A stretch of 64,000 bases of DNA from NCBI GenBank assembly GCA_965250285.1, contig OZ252299.1, positions 2,080,001 through 2,144,000 of the forward strand, in the 5' to 3' direction. The stretch comes from Myxococcota bacterium. Its GTDB lineage: Bacteria > Myxococcota_A > UBA9160 > UBA4427. Made by a program: the position numbers and the translations under genes. Below the pieces are notes generated by a model. The model saw only the letters and a list, made by a program, of their open reading frames with translations. It searched no databases and was not told the DNA's origin. This document shows positions 29,968 to 39,609 of the stretch, piece by piece (within the stretch, counting starts at the first letter, position 1; every line of letters starts with the position of its first letter).

Positions 29968-31752
29968 ATGGTCGACCACAGCCTCTCTCGATGGGCGCGC
30001 AGGGCCGGAGCGGGCGCCGTCGCCGTGATCGCGCTGGCCCTGGCGGGCGCCGCGCTCTGGCGTGCCACCGGCGTGCCCGCCCCCGACGATCGGCTGCGTC
30101 TGCTCCGCGCTCGACACATCCGCACGATGGACCCCGAGCGACCGGTGGTCGAAGCCGTCGCGATCCAATCGGGACGCATCGTCGCGCTCGGCCCGTTCGA
30201 CCGTCTCGTCGATGAGTTGGGCGACCGCATCGACGAGATCGACGAGTCCTTTCGCGACCATGTCCTGCTGCCGGGCTTCATCGACCCGCACATCCACCCG
30301 GTGCTCGCGGCGTCGATCCTGCCGATGGAGATCGTCTCGGCCATGTCGTGGACGACACCGCGGGGCCGGACCGAGCCGGTGGTGGGCCAGGACGCGTTCG
30401 CGGCGCGGCTGCGCGCGCTCGATGCCGAGCTCTCCGAAGCCGGCGATGCGGACGGCTGGCTGATGGTTTGGGGCTACCACGCGCCCTACCACGGTGCGCT
30501 CTCGCGTCGCGAGCTCGACGCCGTGTCGACGAAGCGACCGATCTTCGTCTGGCAGCGCTCGGTGCACGAGATGTTCTTCAACACGCGGGCATTGGAAGAG
30601 CTCGAGATGGTGCGGGCGGACTGGGACGCACATCCTCAGGCCGACTGGGAGGACGGCCATCTCTTCGAGGCGGGCACGCTCGAGCTCGGGCAGCCGATGA
30701 CCGCCGTGCTCGCGAGCCCGGGCCGCTACCTCGGCGGCCTGTCGATGATGAGCGAGGTGCTCCACCGGGGCGGGCTCACGACCGTCGGTGAGCAGGGGCA
30801 TCCCCAGGTCGATGCGCTGCTCGAGTACGCGACGCTCGCATGGGAGATGCACGGCGACGAGACGCCCTACCGCTTCGTGCTGGTGCCGAACGCGGCGTTT
30901 CTCATGCGGCGTGAGGGCAGCGCCGCCGCCGCGGTCGAAGCGGCCGAGGCCCTGCTCACTCGCGGCAATGATCAGATCGAGACGATCCGCCACGCCAAGT
31001 ACTACGCCGACGGCGCGATCTTCAGCCAGCTCATGCAGATGAGCGAGCCCTACATCGACGGACATCACGGGGAGTGGATGATGCCGCCCGAGGATCAGTC
31101 GGCGCTGTTCGACGCGTTCTGGCGGGCCGGGTGGAACATCCACATCCACGTGAACGGCGACGCCGGGCTCGACGTCGTACTCGACCACATCGAGGCCGCC
31201 CGGCAGACCCACCCTCGGCCCGACGGCCGCATCGTGCTCGAGCACTACGGCTACGCGCGCGAAGACCAACACGACCGGGTGAAGGCGCTGGGCGTCGAAG
31301 TTTCGAACAACGCGTACTACGTGCACGAGCTCGCGCCGATCTACGCCGAGTTCGGGCTCGGCCCCGAGCGCGCACGCGACATCTCACCCCTCGGTGGGCT
31401 CGTGCGGGCCGGTGTGCCGTTCTCGTTTCACAGCGACTTTCCGATGGCGCCGGCCCAGCCGCTGACGCTCGTGTGGGCCGCGGTGAATCGCATCGGGAGC
31501 GATGGCCAAGTGTGGGGCGAGGATCAGCGCGTCGATCTCGACCTCGCCCTGCGTGCCGTGACGCTCGAGGCCGCGCGCAGCCTCGGCCTGCAGGACGAGA
31601 TCGGATCGGTCGCGGTCGGCAAGCGCGCCGACTTCACGGTGCTCGACCAGGATCCGGCCGAAGTCGCACCGCAGGCGATCAAGGACATCGGGGTGTGGGG
31701 GGTCGTGCTCGGCGGGCGGGCCTTCCCCGTGCGGCCCGCGAACGGCGAGTGA
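29968..31752 (+). CDS. Amidohydrolase 3 family (YtcJ-like), N-terminal signal/TM
   Basis: PGFIDPHIH, KYYADG, HIHVNGD, LEH, HSDFP, GKRADF. Confidence 0.9.
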   Translation: MVDHSLSRWARRAGAGAVAVIALALAGAALWRATGVPAPDDRLRLLRARHIRTMDPERPVVEAVAIQSGRIVALGPFDRLVDELGDRIDEIDESFRDHVLLPGFIDPHIHPVLAASILPMEIVSAMSWTTPRGRTEPVVGQDAFAARLRALDAELSEAGDADGWLMVWGYHAPYHGALSRRELDAVSTKRPIFVWQRSVHEMFFNTRALEELEMVRADWDAHPQADWEDGHLFEAGTLELGQPMTAVLASPGRYLGGLSMMSEVLHRGGLTTVGEQGHPQVDALLEYATLAWEMHGDETPYRFVLVPNAAFLMRREGSAAAAVEAAEALLTRGNDQIETIRHAKYYADGAIFSQLMQMSEPYIDGHHGEWMMPPEDQSALFDAFWRAGWNIHIHVNGDAGLDVVLDHIEAARQTHPRPDGRIVLEHYGYAREDQHDRVKALGVEVSNNAYYVHELAPIYAEFGLGPERARDISPLGGLVRAGVPFSFHSDFPMAPAQPLTLVWAAVNRIGSDGQVWGEDQRVDLDLALRAVTLEAARSLGLQDEIGSVAVGKRADFTVLDQDPAEVAPQAIKDIGVWGVVLGGRAFPVRPANGE

Positions 31753-31789
31753 GCGACCGATCGAAGTGCGTCCGACGGTGGCCGGACGG

Positions 31790-31863
31790 TGAGCCCGCTG
31801 GGATTCGAACCCAGGACCGATGGATTAAAAGTCCACTGCTCTAACCAACTGAGCTACGGGCCC
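31790..31863 (-). tRNA. tRNA-Lys (anticodon UUU), CCA not fully encoded
   Basis: GGGCCCGTAGCTCAGTTGGTTAGAGCAGTGGACTTTTAATCCATCGGTCCTGGGTTCGAATCCCAGCGGGCTCA followed by CCG. Confidence 0.96.
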
Positions 31864-32324
31864 AGCGGCTGAGTACCACGCCGCCTCTGCGCAGTCGACC
31901 AGACGGCTTGCGACCGCTCTCACGCGATCCACCGGCGTGCGTGTCTCCACCCCCTCACCTCGACCCGACGAGCCCCAGAAGCGAAAGAAATTCGAAAATA
32001 CTTTCGCCTCTTCATTGCCTTTCGCCTCTCCTTCGCCTACCTCTGTTCACGCTGCGCCCCAGCAGCACTCCCGGAGGGTCACCCCTGATGAGGGACCGGC
32101 GACGCAGACCCCGCGAGCGCGATGCTCGTCGAGGTCGGGATCGAGCGCACGGACAGAGCCGGGCCGCTTCCGCCGAAGCGACTCGCGCTCGATGGGCTCA
32201 TCCCTCGACGCGGCGCGTCTCGAGTTGCGTCGGCGCCCTCTCCAGATGGCTTCGGGATACGCGGGCGGTGGAGGAACCCCAACCCCAATCACCCAGCCCC
32301 TCCGCCGCCCGCGTTCTGCTTTTC

Positions 32325-32500
32325 CTACGCCGCTGTTTCGACGCCCCTGTCTCTACGCCCCTCTCCTCTGCGCTCCTTTCTCTACGCCCCTCTCCTCTAC
32401 GCCCCTCTCTCTACGCCCCTCTGGCGAGACGCCCGTGATCCGCCGCCCCTGTTTCTACGCCCCTGTGTCTACGCACCTCTCTTCCGCGCCCTCTGGCGAA
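32325..32500. repeat. Degenerate 14-15-bp tandem repeat array, consensus approximately CTACGCCCCTSTYT
   Basis: About 12 units of ACGCCCCT-core repeats in the non-coding region upstream of tRNA-Lys. Confidence 0.85.
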
Positions 32501-33276
32501 GTCATGTGCCGGCTGAGGGGCGCAGTCTGGCGGCGTGCAGCTTCGGTTCAACCCACCCCCCGACGATCCGTTCACATCCCCATGGCCCGGGCCGCCGCGT
32601 GCGGCCCCGGTCCCGATCAGGAGCAACGCCGATGACCCTTCGCAGCCGAGTGAACCAGCGAAGTCAGCACCCCGTCGCCCGCGCCGAACGCGTCGCCAGC
32701 CGACCCTCGAGGCCCCTCGAATCGGGCGCAGTCCTCTCCGATTCGCTGCTGAATGACGCACCTCGGCCCCGATCGCGCGCCCGGTCGTGCGCGGCGGCCA
32801 AGGCGCCCCTCCTCGGCACTGCGACGCGGTGGGATGCGCCGTGCTCTTCGTTTCGAACGCCGGCGAAGGCACAGGCTCTTGCCGCTGTCCGACGCCCGGT
32901 GCTCTCGGCCGTGCCGGTCGACTGGAGTGCCGTCCGCTCGGTCGCAGGCGACTGACTGAGCCACGAGGGTCGCGCGCCCGGCTGAGTGCGAAGCACCGGG
33001 CATCGTTTGCCTCACCGAGCGGGGGGCGTCGTCGGGCGATTCTCATCGTCTAATTCCCGTGTCGAATCCGAACGATCACCGCGCGGCGATCGCCTCGGAC
33101 GACTCAGGGCCGGCTGAGCGGCAATCAAGCGACACGGCCGTCGCCAGTTGGCCGATCTCTGCAGGCTGACCGAGATCGCTCAACGTGATGCCTGCGTGAT
33201 CAATTCATGGTTTGAGGTGACGAATGGTCCCGAAGCGCAGCTGGGCTGGCATACTGCAATCATCCGGAGGTTGTTC

Positions 33277-33573
33277 ATGCCGCAGCGAGTCGAGACCCAG
33301 CCCGTCCCCGAGACCACGTGTGTCACGAACGTGACGACGACCGAGCCGGCGCGGGGCGACACCTATCTTTCGAGCCTGGCCCTGTTCGCGGCGTTGGCGC
33401 TTGCGCTCGCCGCCTTCTGCCTCGTCGTCGTTCAGAGAGGCGACCAAGGCGGGACGAGCGACCCGACGACGCTCGAAGCGCGCGCTCCGACGCTCGACGG
33501 GGTCGATCCGCGAGGCTTGGACCGATCGAGCCGCGCGGTGGCCGCACGGTCCGGCCTGGTGCGCCCCTACTGA
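33277..33573 (+). CDS. Small single-TM hypothetical protein
   Basis: GGAGG RBS at 33266-33270; central hydrophobic helix. Confidence 0.5.
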   Translation: MPQRVETQPVPETTCVTNVTTTEPARGDTYLSSLALFAALALALAAFCLVVVQRGDQGGTSDPTTLEARAPTLDGVDPRGLDRSSRAVAARSGLVRPY

Positions 33574-33595
33574 GATCGCCCCAAGCGCCCAAGCT

Positions 33596-33994
33596 TCATT
33601 CGAGCGTCTCGACCGCATCGACCACGAGGGTGATGCCGTCGAGCCGGCACACCCGCGCCTGGTCGCCCGACTCGAGCGGCGTCTCGCGCGCGTCGACCAG
33701 CCGCGCACGCCAGCGTTCGGTGCCCGCCACGACGTAGCCGTCGCGACGTGGCTCGATCGTCTCGACGACGCGAACGTGGCTGCCGATGAGCTCGCTCGCG
33801 CCGTGCGTCGGCCCGGGCTCGTAGGCGCGTTTCGTGAGCGGGAACAGCACGAAATCCTTCGCGACGAAGAGGCCGAAGAGCGTCCACGCGAGCACCGGGT
33901 CGAGCCACTCGAAGCGCACCGCGCCGTAGGCGACGACGAAGGCGACTGCCCAACCAACCGCCTCGAAGGCGACGAATCTCCAGAAGATGCTCAT
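33596..33994 (-). CDS. NfeD-like C-terminal OB-fold membrane protein
   Basis: Two TM segments then LIG...GYV..GTERWRA..GDQARV..DGITLVV. Confidence 0.8.
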   Translation of the reverse strand: MSIFWRFVAFEAVGWAVAFVVAYGAVRFEWLDPVLAWTLFGLFVAKDFVLFPLTKRAYEPGPTHGASELIGSHVRVVETIEPRRDGYVVAGTERWRARLVDARETPLESGDQARVCRLDGITLVVDAVETLE

Positions 33995-34142
33995 CGGGCT
34001 CCATCCTAGGGCAGCCCTTCGCGCACGGCGGCACTGCGCGCTTCCACCCGAGCTCATGCCGAGTCGGACTCTGGGTCGATCGCCCGTCGATCGCGCGGCC
34101 TTCGGGCGGGGCGCATCGCGGTGCGCGCGGCGAACGTTCGAT

Positions 34143-34865
34143 TCAGGGAGCGGCCGTGGCGCCCTGCCGGGCGCCATCGACGTCGACATCGACCACGATC
34201 GCGCTGTGGTCGCTGCCCGGCACGTGGACGACCCGGAAGTCGTCGACCTCGACGCCATCGATCATCGCATGGTCGATCCGCAGCAGACGCGGCGATCCAG
34301 ACCAGGGGCCCCAGGTATTGCGGGGCCGCTCGCCCTGGCGACGGGCCACGAGCGAGGCTGCGTCGCTCAGGTGCGCAGCGATGCGGCGGTAGACGGGCCA
34401 GACCGGCGTCGCATTGAAGTCGCCGACGAGCACCCGCTGCGTGGGCCCGCGGCGTCGCCCGAGCCAAGGCACCAGATCTCGCATCTGGCGCACGCGGAGC
34501 GCCAGACCGAGCCGGGGGCGCATCGTGTGTGGCGCGGCCATATGCAGATTCGCCAGTTCGAGGGGCATCGAGAGGTCGGGCCACTCACCGGGGTCGAGGG
34601 TGGCCACGCGGAGATCTCGGCAGGCGAGCGGCACGCGATGGATCTTGGCGGGACGCCTGAGCGCGATGCCCATCCCCGTGAAGTGCTCGTCGGGATGCAG
34701 CTCGCCGTGGGGCATGACCCGGGCGAGCGCGTCGGCCTGAGCGGGCGTCAGCTCCTGAACGCAGACGGCATCGACCGCGAGCGCCGCCACCAGATCGGCG
34801 AAGGCCTCGGGATCGGCGCCGCCGTTCCAGAGGTTGGCAGACAGAATGCGAATCGACTGGCCCAA
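34143..34865 (-). CDS. Endonuclease/exonuclease/phosphatase family protein
   Basis: LSANLW, VQE, GDFNATP, RIDH, GSDH; start uncertain (TTG 34865). Confidence 0.82.
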   Translation of the reverse strand: MGQSIRILSANLWNGGADPEAFADLVAALAVDAVCVQELTPAQADALARVMPHGELHPDEHFTGMGIALRRPAKIHRVPLACRDLRVATLDPGEWPDLSMPLELANLHMAAPHTMRPRLGLALRVRQMRDLVPWLGRRRGPTQRVLVGDFNATPVWPVYRRIAAHLSDAASLVARRQGERPRNTWGPWSGSPRLLRIDHAMIDGVEVDDFRVVHVPGSDHSAIVVDVDVDGARQGATAAP

Positions 34866-35054
34866 CGGCGGCTCGGCTCCAGGTGAGAGGCGGCGGCGGC
34901 CCGTCGTTTGCGGTGCGACCACGCCCCTCCGCTCGAATCGACCACGCCGCGCGCCAACTGAAGCGCAAAGCCAGGCAGGATGCTCGGGCGAGGACTTCGT
35001 CGGCATGAGCGCACCGCGCGTGCACGCCACCCACCATCGATGCGCGGCCCCCCA

Positions 35055-35726
35055 CTAGGCGGCGACGTGCTCGCGCAGCCAGTCGTGCACCGGGAGCAGT
35101 CGTTTCATCCGGGTGGCACACCAGCCGACGAAGGCAGGCTTCGCGATGCTGGCGGGGAGCGGCTCCATGAAGCGCACCTGAAAGCCATTCATCCGCAGCA
35201 GCTCCTCGCGCGGATGATCGGCGGGCCAGGGGGCTGGCACCTTCTTGAGCATCTCACCGGCGGTCTCGCAACGACCCGCCCGTGCCCCCTTCTGCACGCG
35301 CCCGATCGCCTTCACGAGTGCTTGGCCGGGCCGCCCGCCGACGGCTTCTCGCCAGCGCGCACGCGCCTTCGTGTCGAAGCTCATGCCGCTCGCGAAGCCA
35401 ACGCCGTCGGCGTCGAGCCGCAGCCACAGGATCGGCGCCGTCTTCTTGTCGCGGCCCGACCACGTCGTGAGAAGCAGATGATCCTTGTACCGCGGGGTGT
35501 CGGCCTTCGCGAAGCGCAGATCCCGGTGCAGCGGCGAGACCGACGACCGGCGCACGACCGTGAGCTCGGCATCCAGCCGGTCGGCCAGCGCTTCGATGAG
35601 ATCACCGCCGGGGTCGACCAAGTCGCGCTTCAAGCGCTGCTTCACTGCGGCGTAGGCCTTCGCATCGAAGTCGGGCAGCGTGCGCAGCTGGGCCAACACG
35701 GTCGGGTCGAAGCCTTCGAACGGCAT
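35055..35726 (-). CDS. DUF2461 family protein
   Basis: FEGF, HRDLRFAKADTPRYK, LKKVP..W.ADHPR.ELLR. Confidence 0.8.
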   Translation of the reverse strand: MPFEGFDPTVLAQLRTLPDFDAKAYAAVKQRLKRDLVDPGGDLIEALADRLDAELTVVRRSSVSPLHRDLRFAKADTPRYKDHLLLTTWSGRDKKTAPILWLRLDADGVGFASGMSFDTKARARWREAVGGRPGQALVKAIGRVQKGARAGRCETAGEMLKKVPAPWPADHPREELLRMNGFQVRFMEPLPASIAKPAFVGWCATRMKRLLPVHDWLREHVAA

Positions 35727-36217
35727 GGCACGCCTCCGGGTCTTGCTCGCATCGGCGCCCACGCGGCGCGGCGGGTCGGCTCGGGTGAACTCGCAGAGCC
35801 CCCCCCCGGCGTCGGCGATGGCTCGAACCGAAGCTACCCCGCCGCTGCAACCGGCGGACCTTGCGCCACGCGACCGAGGCCGACGCTCACCGTGCGACTC
35901 GACGCGCGGCTGTTTCGCAGCGATCGAATTCGTCGTCAGCGTGTCCCGGTCGGGCGGCGCACGGTCGCGTCGTCCCGATTCGAACGCAGTCTCACGCAGG
36001 GCACCGGGTCGACAACCCTACAAACGGCCGTTGCATGCGACGCGGGGGCCCCGCCTGATCGCGGCCCGCATCGCTGAGACGCTCGACGCGCTGACTCTCG
36101 ACGCCTTAGAGTCTGATTGTTTTCACCCACGCCGACTTTCTCTGATCCGATGCTCCATGCGATCTTCCGCCGCGCGCATTCGCAAAGAATTCGGTCCCCA
36201 CGTGGAAGGAAGCCGCC

Positions 36218-37261
36218 TTGTCCCAGCCCGCCGAGCACGGTCCCAGCCAGAACCGCACCGCCCCGCGCGCCAACAGCGGCGGCGACATGCGGACGGCCCT
36301 CGACGACTACTACGTGATGAAGGAGCTCGACGCCGATCAGCGGCCCGACGAGAAGGTCGAGGCGCAGCCGAATCTCGTCTCGCGCTACTACGACGTCGTC
36401 ACCCAGTTCTACGAGTACGCCTGGGGGCAGAGCTTCCACTTCTCGCCGCGCCAACCGGGCGAGAACCTCAAGACCTCACAGCGTCGCCAGGAGGAAGGGG
36501 TCGGCGAGCTCCTGCGCCTGAAGCCCGGCATGAAGGTCGCCGACATCGGCTGCGGCGTCGGTGGGCCGCTGGTGACGATCGGCAAGGCGACGGGAGCGAG
36601 CATCACGGGGCTCAACTTCAACGAGCACCAGATTGCACGCGGCCAGCAGATGGTGCGCAAGGCCGGGCTCGACGGCACGTGCGGCTTCCTGCTCGCGAAC
36701 TTCATGGACGTCCCGCTCGAAGACGGGCATTTCGACGCGATCTACTCGTTCGAAGCGATCTGCCACGCGCCCGATACCGGGCTGCTCTTCAAGGAGCTGT
36801 TCCGGCTGCTCAAGCCCGGCGGCGAGATCGCTGCGGTCGACTGGTGCCTGACCGAGCAGTTCGACGCGAGCAACCCCAAGCACGTCGACATTCGCGACCG
36901 CATCGAGTTCGCGAACGCGACGCCCGACCTGCTCACGCCCCAGCAGCAGCTCGACACGATGAAGGGCGCCGGGTTCGAGATCCTCTCCGCAACCGACCAG
37001 GCGGCGCAGAGCCATGCCGACACGCCCTGGTACATGGCGCTGCAGGGCCGCGACGTGTCGCTGGCCTCGCTGGCTCGTATCCCGGCCGGTCGAAGCTTCA
37101 CTTCGGGCGTGACATCGTTGCTCGAGAAGCTGCGCATCGCCCCGCCCGGCACGAGCGAGGCAGCGCAGCTGCTCAACGTCGCTGCCGACTCGCTCGTCGA
37201 AGGCGGCCAGCTCGGCCTCTTCACGCCGAGCTTCCTGGTCCATGCGCGAAAGCCCGAGTAG
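36218..37261 (+). CDS. smt: Sterol 24-C-methyltransferase (ERG6/SMT family)
   Basis: SMT region I YYDVVTQFYEYAWGQSFHF, II DIGCGVGGP, III FEAICHAP, IV LKPGG; Sterol_MT_C-like tail LVEGGQLGLFTP; TTG start after GGAAGGA (alternative ATG 36287). Confidence 0.9.
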   Translation: MSQPAEHGPSQNRTAPRANSGGDMRTALDDYYVMKELDADQRPDEKVEAQPNLVSRYYDVVTQFYEYAWGQSFHFSPRQPGENLKTSQRRQEEGVGELLRLKPGMKVADIGCGVGGPLVTIGKATGASITGLNFNEHQIARGQQMVRKAGLDGTCGFLLANFMDVPLEDGHFDAIYSFEAICHAPDTGLLFKELFRLLKPGGEIAAVDWCLTEQFDASNPKHVDIRDRIEFANATPDLLTPQQQLDTMKGAGFEILSATDQAAQSHADTPWYMALQGRDVSLASLARIPAGRSFTSGVTSLLEKLRIAPPGTSEAAQLLNVAADSLVEGGQLGLFTPSFLVHARKPE

Positions 37262-37273
37262 CGGAGAACCGGC

Positions 37274-38374
37274 TTGACCGAGGCCCGAGAGACCGACCGC
37301 GGCGCGGCACGCGACCACGATGTCCTGATCGTCGGCGGCGGCCCCGCCGGATCGACGTGTGCGCGGTTCGCAGTGCAGCACGGGCTCGACGTCGCCGTCG
37401 TCGAGCGCACGGGCATTCGACCGCCGAAGCACACGAGCGCTGGCATCTTCGATCACACCTGGAAGGCGCTCGAACTCTCGCCCGACGACTACCCGCACGC
37501 CATGCGGGCGCCGCACGCGTTCGAGTTCACGACGCTCAAGGATCGAGAGCAGCTCCCCGACGTGGTGCAGATCGTCGCGCCGAAGCTCAAGCGCCACGCG
37601 TACTTCCCCAACCGGGACGAGTTCGACATCTGGCTGCTCGAGCAGGCGCAGAAGTCGGGGGCGCTGGTCGTCCACGACGAGGTGGTGCGTCCGCACGACA
37701 TCGAACACGTGGAGAGCGACGCGGGGCACCGGTATCACGTGCGTGTCGGTCAAGAGGTGCACACCGCGCGCGTGCTGGTCGGCGCAGCGGGCACGCGTTG
37801 TCCGGTCTATCGCAAGTTCTTCGAGACCAGCGCGGGATGGCCCGGCCAGACCATGCTGCTGACCGAGGTCGAGGCACCCGAGAGCGAGTATCGGGGCCCG
37901 GCCTACGCGAGCTACTTCGGCTTCGCGAGCCCGGACGTGTTCGCCTGGACGTACGTCGTCGGCGATGGTCGCGTCCACATCGGCACGGCCGCGATTTCGA
38001 CCGAGAAGTCGACCAAGAAGGACATGCGCTTCGACGAGTTCCTCGACTTCCTGAAGGACGAGGACTACGTCGACCCCGACTTCGAGCCCAAGGATCATCA
38101 CACGAGCGGCGGCTCGATTCGCATGTTCGCGAAGTCCCCGATGGGTGTGCTGGACGGCACCTGCCATGTGATCGGCGATGCGGCCGGGCTACTCCAGTGC
38201 GACGCGTACAACGGCATCACGAACGCGATCCTCTCGGGCCGGCTGTGCGCCGACGCGATCGCGAAGGGCCAGCGTGAGCCGAAGCTGCGCAAGAAGCTGA
38301 ACCCGTACCTGTTCCAGGACGTGCTCCGCGACATGCTGAGCGGTCCGCTTCCGTTCCTGCGAAGATTCAAGTAG
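37274..38374 (+). CDS. Geranylgeranyl-reductase-family FAD-dependent oxidoreductase
   Basis: DVLIVGGGPAGS, RDEFDIWL..A..SGA, IGDAAG...GITNAILSG. Confidence 0.82.
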   Translation: MTEARETDRGAARDHDVLIVGGGPAGSTCARFAVQHGLDVAVVERTGIRPPKHTSAGIFDHTWKALELSPDDYPHAMRAPHAFEFTTLKDREQLPDVVQIVAPKLKRHAYFPNRDEFDIWLLEQAQKSGALVVHDEVVRPHDIEHVESDAGHRYHVRVGQEVHTARVLVGAAGTRCPVYRKFFETSAGWPGQTMLLTEVEAPESEYRGPAYASYFGFASPDVFAWTYVVGDGRVHIGTAAISTEKSTKKDMRFDEFLDFLKDEDYVDPDFEPKDHHTSGGSIRMFAKSPMGVLDGTCHVIGDAAGLLQCDAYNGITNAILSGRLCADAIAKGQREPKLRKKLNPYLFQDVLRDMLSGPLPFLRRFK

Positions 38375-38410
38375 CGCCGGCCCCTCACACGGAGGTCCCT
38401 GCCCCCCGCC

Positions 38411-39607
38411 ATGCTCGACAAGCTCCTGCCTCGTCCGCTCAAGAAGCGCCGATCGAAGAAGCGCACGTCGGAAGCCGTCCGTCTCGACAGCTACCCGCCG
38501 CCGTACCCCGACGGCTGGTATCGACTGATGAACACCGACGACCTGGCGCCGGGCGAGGCCACGTACGTCGAGGCGCTCGGTCGCGAGCTGGTCGTTTGGC
38601 GAAGCGAAGACGGCGCCCGGCTCTCGGCCATGACCGCTTTCTGCCCCCATGTCGGGGCCAACCTCGCGCACGGCCAGGTCAGAGGCGATCGCATCGTCTG
38701 CCCGTTCCACGCGTGGGAGCTCACGGGCGACGGCCGCGTCGCCTGCGTGCCCTACAGCGACTCGACCCCGGGCCGCGCCCTCAACGAGAGCTTCCCCGTC
38801 GAGGACGTCCACGGCCAGGTCTTCGTCTATCACCGAGGCGGCGAGCGGCAGTCGAGCAGCGAAGCGCCGCCCTACCCGCCGCCCCGCATCCCCGACGTCG
38901 ACGCCGGCGACTTCGTGTACCGCGGCCAGTACGACGCCGGGCGCGTGCACATGCACATCATCGAGTTCGCCGAGAACAGCGTCGACTTTGCGCACTTCGA
39001 TCCGATCCACAGCCAGCTGCGGGTGCCGTGGACGAACGTCCCGATCCCCGGCTTCGAGATCGAACACATCGCCGGCTGGGAGCTCGACGAGGAGCGCCCG
39101 CACGTCAGCTACTTTCTCGACGAGGCCCGCGTCCACGCGTTCGGGCGGCCGCTCGAGAAGGCGAGCGCCAGCGCCGTTGCCACCTTCACCGGCCCGGGCA
39201 GCGTCGTGAACTTCCGCTTCGACATCCCCGACCTCGGCAAGATGGAGCTCATGCAGACGCACCTGCCTGTGGGGCCGCTCGAGCAGCAGGTGAACTTCCG
39301 CTGGTTCTCCGATCCGAAGATTCCGCGACCCGTTTCGTGGTACATCGTCGGCAACTGGATCAGTCAGTGGAAGCAGGACATCGACATCTGGGAGAACAAG
39401 GTCTACCTCGATCGCCCGATGCTCTCGAAGGACGACGGCCCGGTGCAGCGCATGCGGCGCTGGTACAAACAGTTCTACCCCGAGACGTCCCCTGTCGACC
39501 CGATGCCGGTGCGCCGCATCGGCCGCGAAGCCGATCGCGACGGAGCGCCGCAGCCCGCGAGCGACGCCGCCACCGCCGCCGCGCCCATCTCGGCGAGAAA
39601 GAGCTGA
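38411..39607 (+). CDS. Rieske non-heme iron sterol oxygenase/desaturase (Neverland/DAF-36/KshA family)
   Basis: PPPYPDGWY; Rieske CPH...CPFH; ENSVDFAHFDPIH; QDIDIWENK...RRWYKQFY. Confidence 0.85.
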   Translation: MLDKLLPRPLKKRRSKKRTSEAVRLDSYPPPYPDGWYRLMNTDDLAPGEATYVEALGRELVVWRSEDGARLSAMTAFCPHVGANLAHGQVRGDRIVCPFHAWELTGDGRVACVPYSDSTPGRALNESFPVEDVHGQVFVYHRGGERQSSSEAPPYPPPRIPDVDAGDFVYRGQYDAGRVHMHIIEFAENSVDFAHFDPIHSQLRVPWTNVPIPGFEIEHIAGWELDEERPHVSYFLDEARVHAFGRPLEKASASAVATFTGPGSVVNFRFDIPDLGKMELMQTHLPVGPLEQQVNFRWFSDPKIPRPVSWYIVGNWISQWKQDIDIWENKVYLDRPMLSKDDGPVQRMRRWYKQFYPETSPVDPMPVRRIGREADRDGAPQPASDAATAAAPISARKS

Positions 39608-39609
39608 AC

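Noticed and set aside
31787..31863. tRNA-Lys as an integration site; missing encoded CCA
   Set aside because: No duplicated tRNA 3' end or active integrase was seen; post-transcriptional CCA addition is common
32085..32130. CTGATGAG as a hammerhead ribozyme core
   Set aside because: No correctly placed GAAA or supporting stems were found
33241..33258. Sigma-54 promoter upstream of the 33277 ORF
   Set aside because: GG-N10-GC is present but the match to TGGCACG-N4-TTGC is poor
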